49,584 nt of DNA, from NCBI GenBank assembly GCA_037144095.1, contig JBAWXL010000003.1, positions 1 to 49,584 of the forward strand, read 5' to 3'. The notes under the pieces were generated by a model. The model saw only the letters and a list, made by a program, of their open reading frames with translations, ran no database searches and was not told the DNA's origin. How positions within the stretch are numbered: position 1 is the first letter of the stretch; the number at the start of each line of letters is the position of its first letter. The position numbers and the translations under genes are program-made. Positions 1-8,366 of this stretch are shown in pieces. Source of the DNA: Bacteroidota bacterium (GTDB taxonomy: Bacteria; Bacteroidota; Bacteroidia; Bacteroidales; CAIXTV01).

Positions 1-1952
1 TTTTCAACATAAATACCATCCCACATATAGTCAGTGCAATTTGATGCCATACTACATCTTTCAATGGTTAAGGTTCGCCCTGGTTGAACAATAATTTTAG
101 CCATTGATCCCAAACGTATGCTTTGATGAATAAATGTAACATCAGTATTAATAACTATAATACCATTAATTAAAACAATATCGTCTAAAGGATGAATGGT
201 GCCCGTTAAATTACTAGAGGAATAGATAATAGGGCTTCCACTAATTGTTTCATCTGCCAAATTTAAATGAATATTATCAGAGCAGCATTGCCAAACGTCA
301 AAGGTCGAAGTTTCAGAGCAGTCTCCATTAATATCAGTAGTTAGCGTAATCACAGCAGGAGCATTTGTTGGAAAAGCATTATCATTCCATGCTGGATTAA
401 AGCTTGTTCCGGTTCCAGTATTAGGTGTGGCAGCAGCCGATGGGCTTACGCTCCAGTTATAATTATATCCAGCAGTTATAACACTTGGGACATAAGAGGA
501 TAATGGTAAACAAGAGGATAAATTCCCTGAAATTGGCGATGAAGCAGCCGGTAAAATAATATAATTGGCTGTTGCATTTGCAACACAATTTTGAGCGTCA
601 GTAACCATAACCGTATATGAAGTTGATGTATTTGGATTAGGTATAGGATTAGGGCTACTTGTTGAAGATAATCCTGCTGATGGTGTCCAGGCAAAATTAA
701 AATTGGTAGTAGGTTGCGCTCCATTAACAGTAAATGGTGTTGTATTTAACCCTGTTGCTTGTTCACAATGATAAATAGGATCAACTGAAATATTAAAACT
801 AGGATTGTAATTGTCAAAATTAATAATTATTGATGCAGTACCAATACTACAACCACTTGCATCAGTCACCGTAACAGAATAAGTTGTTGTTGCATTTGGT
901 GCTACTGTGACATTTGCACTATTAGAAGTAATAGGAGCCCAATTATAACTGTAAGGAGCAGTTCCGTAGGTAGTGGTTGTAATTAATTGAATGGGGTCAA
1001 TATCATAACAATGACGGATATAAGATGAAGGGGTAATACTTACACTTAGTTGTTTATGTAAGATTTTAATGTTATCAATAATCAATTGACTTTGCCCTTG
1101 GTAACAATCAGTCTGACCTGGAGCACATTGATAAGGCGTAATCGTTAAATAATAATCTGCAGTATTAGAAACATTAAATGCCCAATGAGTTACATGATTA
1201 AAAACACTTCCATTTGCTATATAATTAGCAGTATAAATTGGCACTGGAGTTCCTCCAAGCACAGGAGTAAGAGTAAATTCAAAATATCTAAGATTAACAT
1301 TACCTACCATATAATCAAAAAAAAGTTCATAATCTCCACTCGTGATATTAATATTTTGTCTAATTAATTCACTTGGCCAACCTAATAAAGCCCACATTTC
1401 AGCTTGATGATCGCTAGGAATAGGCGAAGATTGTATAATTTGTGGTGTAAGATCTCCAATAGTTTCCCATGCACATACTTGTGAAATATGATTTATGCTA
1501 TAATTAAATGGAGAATAAACACTATAACCAGTTTCTAAAACTTCAAAATCTCCATTTCTTATCAAATCGCAAATAGGATAATCACAATTCAGTAAGGTCT
1601 TCGCAGTAATTGTATATACCGAAATTAAAAAATTTCCATCTACAAGTAATTTCCGATGTAATTTTAAATAATAAGTGGAATCTTTAGTAAAAGAAGTATC
1701 AGAAGTATATAAACTATCGTTTAAAGTGATAGTTTTTAGTAATTGTAATTGATTTCCATTTAATGAATAAATATCATAAAAGAGTACTTTATTAGAATCA
1801 ATCGGTGTATTTACAGAAGGAATAGAAAGAATATAGCCTTTTTGTTGTGCAACAAATCTGCACCAATAAATGCTATCGGTAAAATTAAGCTGAAAAGTCG
1901 TATCGGCTGTCAGCAAAGTTGAATTTGAAGGAGGTGGAATTTGGGCGAGCAT
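1..1952 (-). CDS. Large secreted/surface protein (3' part outside the window), SprB/PKD-like repeat; apparently frameshifted from its signal peptide
   Basis: Absent from the ORF track because it has no stop in the window. Manual translation at both ends and in the middle gives the same frame: MLAQIPPPSNSTLL..., ...GTAPYSYNWAP...TYSVTVTDASGCSIG..., ...CTDYMWDGIYVE. Not every codon was checked. Confidence 0.75.
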   Translation of the reverse strand, partial: MLAQIPPPSNSTLLTADTTFQLNFTDSIYWCRFVAQQKGYILSIPSVNTPIDSNKVLFYDIYSLNGNQLQLLKTITLNDSLYTSDTSFTKDSTYYLKLHRKLLVDGNFLISVYTITAKTLLNCDYPICDLIRNGDFEVLETGYSVYSPFNYSINHISQVCAWETIGDLTPQIIQSSPIPSDHQAEMWALLGWPSELIRQNINITSGDYELFFDYMVGNVNLRYFEFTLTPVLGGTPVPIYTANYIANGSVFNHVTHWAFNVSNTADYYLTITPYQCAPGQTDCYQGQSQLIIDNIKILHKQLSVSITPSSYIRHCYDIDPIQLITTTTYGTAPYSYNWAPITSNSANVTVAPNATTTYSVTVTDASGCSIGTASIIINFDNYNPSFNISVDPIYHCEQATGLNTTPFTVNGAQPTTNFNFAWTPSAGLSSTSSPNPIPNPNTSTSYTVMVTDAQNCVANATANYIILPAASSPISGNLSSCLPLSSYVPSVITAGYNYNWSVSPSAAATPNTGTGTSFNPAWNDNAFPTNAPAVITLTTDINGDCSETSTFDVWQCCSDNIHLNLADETISGSPIIYSSSNLTGTIHPLDDIVLINGIIVINTDVTFIHQSIRLGSMAKIIVQPGRTLTIERCSMASNCTDYMWDGIYVE

Positions 1953-1960
1953 AGGTTTGC

Positions 1961-2011
1961 TCAACCTATCATAAATAAGAGAACTATAAAAAAGAAGCGA
2001 AATTTTTTCAT
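1961..2011 (-). pseudogene. Signal-peptide fragment MKKFRFFFIVLLFMIG* out of frame with the downstream long ORF
   Basis: ATG at 2011 reads ...ATG ATA GGT TGA. Adding one base restores G-LSKPMLAQ, a complete Sec signal. Confidence 0.6.
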
Positions 2012-2138
2012 TTTATTTTTGTTTTTAATTAATACTGATTTCTTTTAAGTCTTCAATTATTTTCATGGGCTTTAAACCAATTTGATTTATATCAATATTC
2101 TAAATGCCGATAAAATCATATAAAATTACTACATTTGC

Positions 2139-2212
2139 AAACCTCCTTTCTTTTTAGGCTCATTAAATACTCGCGAGGTATTTTTCCCCCTATTAAGAAG
2201 GAGGTTTTTTTT
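2139..2212 (+). ncRNA. Candidate ~70-nt hairpin sRNA, or a terminator/attenuator
   Basis: TACATTTG -7 box at 2130-2137, then an extended stem (aaacctcctt..tagg..aaatac / gtattt..ccta..aaggaggttt) and a T8 run. Confidence 0.35.
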
Positions 2213-2354
2213 ATTATATGTAGTCGGTTTTATAAAAAACACAAACAAATTATTGTTTTTAAAGCAAATAGGATAAGGAAAACTATTGTAAGTTTTCATG
2301 AGGTTGGATGTATATTTTGAATTTGCAAGTATACAACCTTATAAGAAAATAATT

Positions 2355-2416
2355 TGTAAGATATGGCTGATTTTTGTGTAGGGATTGTCTGATATTTATG
2401 TAGGACATATCCTACA
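2355..2416. promoter_or_regulatory. Three 22-bp-spaced pseudo-palindromic operator sites (LuxR/NarL-like)
   Basis: TGTAAGATATGGCTGATT (2355), TGTAGGGATTGTCTGATA (2377) and the inverted repeat TGTAGGA-cata-TCCTACA (2399). Confidence 0.45.
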
Positions 2417-2735
2417 GGCAATTTTAAAGCTATAATTTCTACCATTTCATAATTATTGATATTCAGTATAATAATAAGGTTTCTCCATGTTTTTAAGCTT
2501 ATAAAATAGTTTTCAATATGAAATGTGTTTTAGCTAATTCAATTATACTATTCGAAAGAGTGAAAATAAAATTAGGAATTTCCGTTATTAATAGTAATTT
2601 TGCCGTCTATAATTTTAATTATAAATCTGAAATCATATTATTAATTACATATAATAAAATATCAATCATAGTTCAAATTCACACAAAATAATATAAACAA
2701 CAGTATATAAGCATATTACAACAATTTAAAACAAG

Positions 2736-3155
2736 GCAAATCAAAATTTACACGCTACGAATTAACTCTTGCATGCCACGAATCAATTTTTACATGCTAC
2801 GAATTAACTCTTACTCAACACTAAACAAACTTCACCCGCTATGAATCAACTCTTGCTTAAAACTAATTGGCTCTTGCATATCACTAATTAATTCTTACAA
2901 ACCACAAATTGGATCTAACCGGAAACTAATTACGCCCAACACCACACGATTTACCTCTAACACTTTACGAATTAAATACAGCAGCCAACTAACTAAGAAC
3001 CACACAAAACGAATTACCACCAACATCCTGCTAATTCAATGCTAAATAAAAAGAAATACTATTGAGTAATAAAATATCAATCCTATCACTAATCGAAGCC
3101 TTATCATCCAATAACTAATCCCTATTAGCAATTAACTATTAACCAATCACCAACA
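2736..3155 (+). repeat. Degenerate 21-bp-period tandem array (13-15 clear units, phase traceable to ~20 units)
   Basis: AC(G/T)AAT(T/C)-like heads at 2757, 2778, 2799, 2820, 2841, 2862, 2883, 2904, 2925, 2946, 2967, 2988, 3009, 3030, and in phase again at 3114 and 3135. Confidence 0.85.
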
Positions 3156-4102
3156 TGGAAACAAGATCAGCAAATCAGGTAAACGAAATCCGCGCAACTT
3201 TTCAATTTTGTACATCCAATGCAACTTCAACATCAAGTATTTTAGCATTTGCAGGTGTGTTGGCAACAGTGGGCAACAAACTCATTTTAATTGATAGTTA
3301 CGATATTATTGCTGAAGCCACCACCAAAGGAATTACTCTTGATACAAAAGAAGTACGCAGTGTAATGGAATTCTTCGCTTATAAATGTTTAAATGCAGTC
3401 ATTGCTTTTGCATCACCGGCACCTGCCAATAAAACTTTAATCGCCTTAGTTAAATACAGCAAAACCCAGCTTCGTGAAGCCAAAAAAGAAGATATTGCTG
3501 CAATTTGCGAAACCATACGTAAGGCAGCACACGATAATTCGGGATGTTTAAGTAATGGTATTACTGTTTCAGATATTACAGACCTGGCATCTGCAATTTC
3601 ATTGTATAACACAGCAAGTTCAAATCCTCGTCAGGCTATTATTGAAAAAAGTTATGCTAAAGAGCAAATCAAAGTCTTAACTAAAGAAATTCAGCAAGAT
3701 TTGTTCAAAAATCAAATGGACACTATGGTTAACACCCTCATTGGTTCAAATGATGCATTTGTTGAAAAATATTATAAAGTTCGCAAAATTGTTAACCTCG
3801 GTATATCACATACCAAGTTCAAAGGCACTGTTACAAAAACGGATAAAACGCCTATCCCTGTTGCCATACTAAAAATAATGGCAACAGGCAAACAAGAAAT
3901 TGATTATACCATAGAGGCAGATGTCAATGGAGTATTTCCCAATACCTACATCAAACCCACCGATTACGATATGCAGATTGAGTGTCCGGGCTACATAACA
4001 CAAAATGAAATAAAAATACATTTCACCGCCGGCAAAGCCCTTAAACGCAGCTATATTCTTATCCCCACCCCGCCACCAATCCCCACTCCCCCCACCGAAT
4101 AA
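3155..4102 (+). CDS. Hypothetical protein: helical N-domain, carboxypeptidase-regulatory-like beta domain, Pro-rich tail
   Basis: 315-aa ORF with no signal peptide. C-terminal KGTVT..PIPVA..DVNGVF..Y.MQIECPGY pattern. Confidence 0.75.
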   Translation: METRSANQVNEIRATFQFCTSNATSTSSILAFAGVLATVGNKLILIDSYDIIAEATTKGITLDTKEVRSVMEFFAYKCLNAVIAFASPAPANKTLIALVKYSKTQLREAKKEDIAAICETIRKAAHDNSGCLSNGITVSDITDLASAISLYNTASSNPRQAIIEKSYAKEQIKVLTKEIQQDLFKNQMDTMVNTLIGSNDAFVEKYYKVRKIVNLGISHTKFKGTVTKTDKTPIPVAILKIMATGKQEIDYTIEADVNGVFPNTYIKPTDYDMQIECPGYITQNEIKIHFTAGKALKRSYILIPTPPPIPTPPTE

Positions 4103-4226
4103 GCTTCTAAAATTAACAATCGTTATTCCTTGTTCTTATATTCTTCTTCTTTTGTGCCCTACTGTGCCTACTGTGGTTCTTATTAATCTAAAAAGATAGA
4201 AACTGTTAAACTAAAATCGTATTAAT

Positions 4227-4259
4227 AAAAAAGCCGGCAATTCAATCATTGCCGGCTTT
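4227..4259. terminator. Intrinsic terminator between convergent genes
   Basis: aaagccggcaat/attgccggcttt stem with an A-tract. Confidence 0.8.
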
Positions 4260-4279
4260 AAATTATCTTCCCGAAAAAA

Positions 4280-5074
4280 TTATTCGCTTACAATAATTCT
4301 TTGGGTCTGTTGTGTTTTCCCTGTGTTTATTTTAACCAAATACACTCCCGCTTTCACATTTCCTTTTGACGAAAGAGGCAAGCTATAATTACCTGCAGTT
4401 TGGTTGTCGTCTAACAACACATCAACCAATCTTCCTGAAATATCATACAAACTAACCGTAACATCCGAAAACTCAGTAATCGAATATTTAATCATGCTTT
4501 GGTTTGTAACAGGATTTGGAGCAACTGTAAAAGCAGGTTTTGCCTGCTGATCTTCGATTCCGGCACCTGATGCAGGAGCCCAATCAAGGGTGATACCTGT
4601 TAGGTTGGTCAAATCTGCAGGAGCTTGATGATCTGCAGTAGCACCTTTTGTAAAGCTGAATGATTGAACAGTTTTACCCGTGGTTAAACTCGAAGCCCAG
4701 GCAAATTCAATCCAAACTTTGTAAGTGCCATCGGCTACAAGAGCTGACGAAACATCGGTTCCGTTCCAAACTAAGGTCATTAAACCATTAGCCGTACGTG
4801 TGCTTCCTGAAGTAGCATCCACAACGTTTTGTCCTGATTTCCCTGTCCAGGTGGCAAGGTGATCATAATTGCCGCTTGAGCAATATTTGAATTTTGTTTT
4901 AATAAAAGTTCCACTGCTGGTTTCTATCCAAGCAGCTAAACAGTTTTTTGGAGTATATCCACCTGATGAAACAGTGGTATAAACACAAGTTAATGTACCG
5001 GCGGTTTGAGCACTCAAACCAACACTAAAAAATAAAGCCAAAATGGCCAATGAAAAGGTAATTTTTTTTCTCAT
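4280..5074 (-). CDS. DUF2271-domain protein with T9SS type A C-terminal sorting domain
   Basis: Signal peptide; AAWIE..FIKT..VDATSGSTR..WNG.D..DG.YKVWIE; C-terminal PNPV..LYDISGRLV..GVYLVKI. Confidence 0.75.
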   Translation of the reverse strand: MRKKITFSLAILALFFSVGLSAQTAGTLTCVYTTVSSGGYTPKNCLAAWIETSSGTFIKTKFKYCSSGNYDHLATWTGKSGQNVVDATSGSTRTANGLMTLVWNGTDVSSALVADGTYKVWIEFAWASSLTTGKTVQSFSFTKGATADHQAPADLTNLTGITLDWAPASGAGIEDQQAKPAFTVAPNPVTNQSMIKYSITEFSDVTVSLYDISGRLVDVLLDDNQTAGNYSLPLSSKGNVKAGVYLVKINTGKTQQTQRIIVSE

Positions 5075-5164
5075 ATGATATGTATTAAATTAATGGGTCA
5101 AAAATAATAATATTTCTAATAAAACAAATTAAATTGCAGTCATAAAATAAAATAATTACAATGA

Positions 5165-5212
5165 AAAAGCCTGTAAGCAACATTATTTTTGTTGATTGCA
5201 GGCTTTCTTTTT
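5165..5212. terminator. Hairpin/terminator downstream of the cytochrome operon
   Basis: aaagcctgtaa.caaca...tgttg.ttgcaggcttt with flanking A/T runs. Confidence 0.55.
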
Positions 5213-5310
5213 GAAATAATCTTTTACAGAATGTATGATTTTATAAGCTGAATTCGAAAAGAAAAGAATAAAACTAAGCTAAATTTTGAGCTATCTTTAT
5301 GATATTAATG

Positions 5311-5380
5311 TGCCACAGATTAACAGATTACTTCATTAACAAGATTAGATGTTTACTTACTCATCTGCGAATCTGTGGCG
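5311..5380. repeat. GCCACAGATT...AATCTGTGGC REP-like palindrome
   Basis: Inverted arms. 5359-5379 is the exact reverse complement of 41029-41049. Confidence 0.7.
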
Positions 5381-5411
5381 ATTTATTTTCTCAACAAGTT
5401 TACAAAGAATC

Positions 5412-6911
5412 CTATTGATATAAATTGCTATGACAATCAGAACAATTCGATACTTTCCAGGCACTCTTAATATCAACCGGATGCTTGAAGTTTAAAGCAC
5501 CATTGATGCCAATATAATTAATGCTATCAGCTTTCCCTTGCGCCACAATGGTATGACAAAGATTACAATCCTTAGAAATCACTTTTCCTTCAGGCGATTT
5601 GAACCTATCATTATGACATCTGAAACATCCTTCCGATTCTAAGTGTCCAATATGACGAGGATAAACACTATACGTAACCTTCATTTCAGGGAAAGCATTT
5701 TTGCCAAAAGCTTCTATAATTGCATCAATAGCACTTGCTATTTTATTACCATAAAGCTTGTAGATGGTAGGATAATGCTCCTGATAAGTCTTTATTATTT
5801 TACTTTTAATTCCTGAAACAGCAGCTTCATCAGTAGTATATGGATCTTTTAAAGCCTCCATCGCAGCATTTTTAATCCATGGAATTTTAGCAAAATCATT
5901 CTGAGCCGCCAACACATCATTCACATATTTCGAAGGCGAACGAAACTCATGCGAAGGACGGTTATGACAATCCATACAATCCATAATTCGCGATTCAGAC
6001 TTACTTAAATCTTCTCCCTTGCCTTTGAGTTCAGGATCTTTATATATGGTTTCTTTTCCTGATTTTTTATCAAGGATTTTTACCCAAAAAATAGTATCGC
6101 GTTTTGCATTAGATTTATAATCAATCTGAAAATTCTTATTAATATGCCAGTGAATTCCTTCGGCTAAACCCAACGCTTGATGACTGGCTCCGATTTTCAT
6201 ATTTAAAATTACGTCCCATTGTGTGTTTGCCGAATCGGCAAGAAAATATTTTTCGTGACGCAAAGCATTGGTGTAGAACTTTTGAGGCCAGTGGCATTTC
6301 TCGCAAGTTTCTCTTGCAGGACGTAAGTTTTCAATTGGGGTTACAATGGGTCTGACATAAGTGTTTAAAGAATATTTAAAAACCTGACGTAAACCTGACA
6401 TCTTTGATTTTACATAAAAATCTGCACCCTCTCCCACATGACATTCAGCACATTTTACTTTCGCATGAGGCGAATTCTGATAGGCAACATATTCGGGATT
6501 CATCACTTTATGACAAAGTTGTCCACAAAATTCTATCGACTCGGTATATTGAAAAGCCTTAAAGCTTCCTATTGCTGTAGAAATAACAAAGAAAACAGTG
6601 ATAATTCCAAAAATGATGAGTGATTTTCTGGTCTTTTTATCTCTAAGATTCAGCACAAAAACTTTATCATCAGCACCCGGAATTCCTCTCTTAATTCTGC
6701 TTCTTCTGCGAAGCATCCCAATGGGAATAAGAACTAACCCAAGCACTAAAAATCCTGGGATAACGATATATGTGAATAAATCAAAATACACATTATCAAT
6801 ATTGAAGATAAAAATCTGAATCATAAATAATAATAAGGTTACGGTTGCAATAAAAGCAATAATACTTCCCAGATAGGAAATACTATTATAATAATTACGT
6901 GATAATTTCAT
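5412..6911 (-). CDS. ImcH-like NapC/NirT-family inner-membrane 7-heme cytochrome c (putative quinol dehydrogenase)
   Basis: Three N-terminal hydrophobic helices, 6 CxxCH plus 1 CxxxCH (FCGQLCH), and RPIVTPIENLRPARETCEKCHWP. Confidence 0.8.
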   Translation of the reverse strand: MKLSRNYYNSISYLGSIIAFIATVTLLLFMIQIFIFNIDNVYFDLFTYIVIPGFLVLGLVLIPIGMLRRRSRIKRGIPGADDKVFVLNLRDKKTRKSLIIFGIITVFFVISTAIGSFKAFQYTESIEFCGQLCHKVMNPEYVAYQNSPHAKVKCAECHVGEGADFYVKSKMSGLRQVFKYSLNTYVRPIVTPIENLRPARETCEKCHWPQKFYTNALRHEKYFLADSANTQWDVILNMKIGASHQALGLAEGIHWHINKNFQIDYKSNAKRDTIFWVKILDKKSGKETIYKDPELKGKGEDLSKSESRIMDCMDCHNRPSHEFRSPSKYVNDVLAAQNDFAKIPWIKNAAMEALKDPYTTDEAAVSGIKSKIIKTYQEHYPTIYKLYGNKIASAIDAIIEAFGKNAFPEMKVTYSVYPRHIGHLESEGCFRCHNDRFKSPEGKVISKDCNLCHTIVAQGKADSINYIGINGALNFKHPVDIKSAWKVSNCSDCHSNLYQ

Positions 6912-6942
6912 TTGAAATTGTTATTGGGTTTAATTTAATATC

Positions 6943-7683
6943 TTATTTGAACTCTAACGGATTATGAGCGATATGACATTCAATACACTTCATATCCGGA
7001 TTATGTTCTTTATTGTCTATTTGTTTAATGCCTTTTGATGCAGCATTTGAATGGCATTTTAAGCAAGCATCTCTTATGCTTGGCTTAGTAATATTTTTCT
7101 TTGAGGGACCTTGCATGTGTTCAACTCCCTGTCCATGACATGATTTACAATCAACCGGATGGTGTTTTCCTTTTTGTTTTACTTTATCTATTTTCTCGTG
7201 ACACATCAGACACGAAAAGCCCCCTTCTTGATTTCCTTTTCCGGCTCCTTTAAATTGCATAGGATTATGTGGATTATGACAAGTTACGCATTTGGCGTTC
7301 ACATTGTGTTTTGTCAAATCAACTTGTTTGATTGAATCCTTAGCGTGAGCAGTATTTTTATCATGACATTTTCCACAAAATTCTCTTGTGTTTGTCCTGT
7401 CTAATGGATGTTTCTTTTGGTTAGTTATGTGTTTCGAACCAGCTCCATGGCAAGTCTGGCAATTGATTTTGCTATGAACCCCGGTCGAAGTTAATGTATC
7501 AATATTGCTATGACAACTTTTACAAAGAGCTGTGTTAATGAATTTCTCTTTTACATTAGTTGAATCTGAAAGTTTCGTCTCAGGTTTCTCCGAATTGGAA
7601 GACATCATAAAATAACCAATCAGGACAATTAAGCCAATCAGGATAATAAAAATTAGAATAAGACTTTTAACACGTTTAGCCAT
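6943..7683 (-). CDS. Membrane-anchored octaheme cytochrome c (two tandem tetraheme repeats)
   Basis: N-terminal TM helix, 8 CxxCH, and internal duplication ending in HNP motifs. Confidence 0.85.
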   Translation of the reverse strand: MAKRVKSLILIFIILIGLIVLIGYFMMSSNSEKPETKLSDSTNVKEKFINTALCKSCHSNIDTLTSTGVHSKINCQTCHGAGSKHITNQKKHPLDRTNTREFCGKCHDKNTAHAKDSIKQVDLTKHNVNAKCVTCHNPHNPMQFKGAGKGNQEGGFSCLMCHEKIDKVKQKGKHHPVDCKSCHGQGVEHMQGPSKKNITKPSIRDACLKCHSNAASKGIKQIDNKEHNPDMKCIECHIAHNPLEFK

Positions 7684-7767
7684 AACAATGAATTATTTGC
7701 AATTAAATTTATTTGATTTTTTAAAGTGACTCTTCAAAATAATATTATTCAGTGAGTCTGTGAAATT

Positions 7768-7808
7768 AAAAAAATGTCAGCATACAAATGGTGTATGCTG
7801 ACATTTTT
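7768..7808 (-). terminator. Intrinsic terminator after the c554-like gene
   Basis: 17-bp stem aaaaatgtcagcataca/tgtatgctgacattttt. Confidence 0.8.
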
Positions 7809-7819
7809 AAAAAGGTTTG

Positions 7820-8332
7820 TTATTTAGGATTTTTGTGAGAAATTTTTGCACTATAAGTTGCAAAATCAAATCCTTTGAAAGTTGGGCTTTCTGAATTATG
7901 ACATTTTAAACATGTTTTTTCATCAGGAATAATTAAGCCGTTTTTCATTGCTTCTTCTCTGCTTCTCATGATAGCAGGTGATTTGTAGGTACTACCGGGT
8001 CCGTGGCAGGTTTCGCATGAAACACCTTCTTCTTTTGTGATTCCACCGTTTAATTTAGCATCAATAGCAACAGCTGTTGAGTGACATTTAACGCATTTTG
8101 CATCAGTTTGAGGATCAGCAATCCCTTTTTCCTTAGCAATTTTCATAGCAGCTTCTCCTTTTAAATTAGCAAAAGCTTTCGAGTGGCTCGATTCGTTCCA
8201 AACTGGCCATGCTTTGCCTTTCGACATGTGGCACATTTTGCATTTTGAAGCACCAACGTAGGTATTCTGTGCTACCAAAACATTACTGAATAAGAATAGC
8301 ATACAAGCTATTACAATCGACATTTTTTTCAT
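7820..8332 (-). CDS. Periplasmic tetraheme cytochrome c554-family protein
   Basis: Signal peptide, YVGASKCKMCH, 4 CxxCH, GVSCETCHGPGS. Confidence 0.85.
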   Translation of the reverse strand: MKKMSIVIACMLFLFSNVLVAQNTYVGASKCKMCHMSKGKAWPVWNESSHSKAFANLKGEAAMKIAKEKGIADPQTDAKCVKCHSTAVAIDAKLNGGITKEEGVSCETCHGPGSTYKSPAIMRSREEAMKNGLIIPDEKTCLKCHNSESPTFKGFDFATYSAKISHKNPK

Positions 8333-8366
8333 TTGATTTTTGTTTTTGTGTTAATAATTGATTTGT

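Noticed and set aside
476-1367. Short ORFs 476..724 and 1185..1367
   Set aside because: They overlap the long minus-strand ORF that runs off the window.
1961-1963. TGA recoding (Sec/Trp)
   Set aside because: Read-through in that frame hits another TGA shortly afterwards, and the real protein continues in a different frame.
2736-3155. CRISPR or TIGR array
   Set aside because: The 21-bp unit and ~7-bp conserved head are too short, and no Cas or Nop-domain protein is recognisable.
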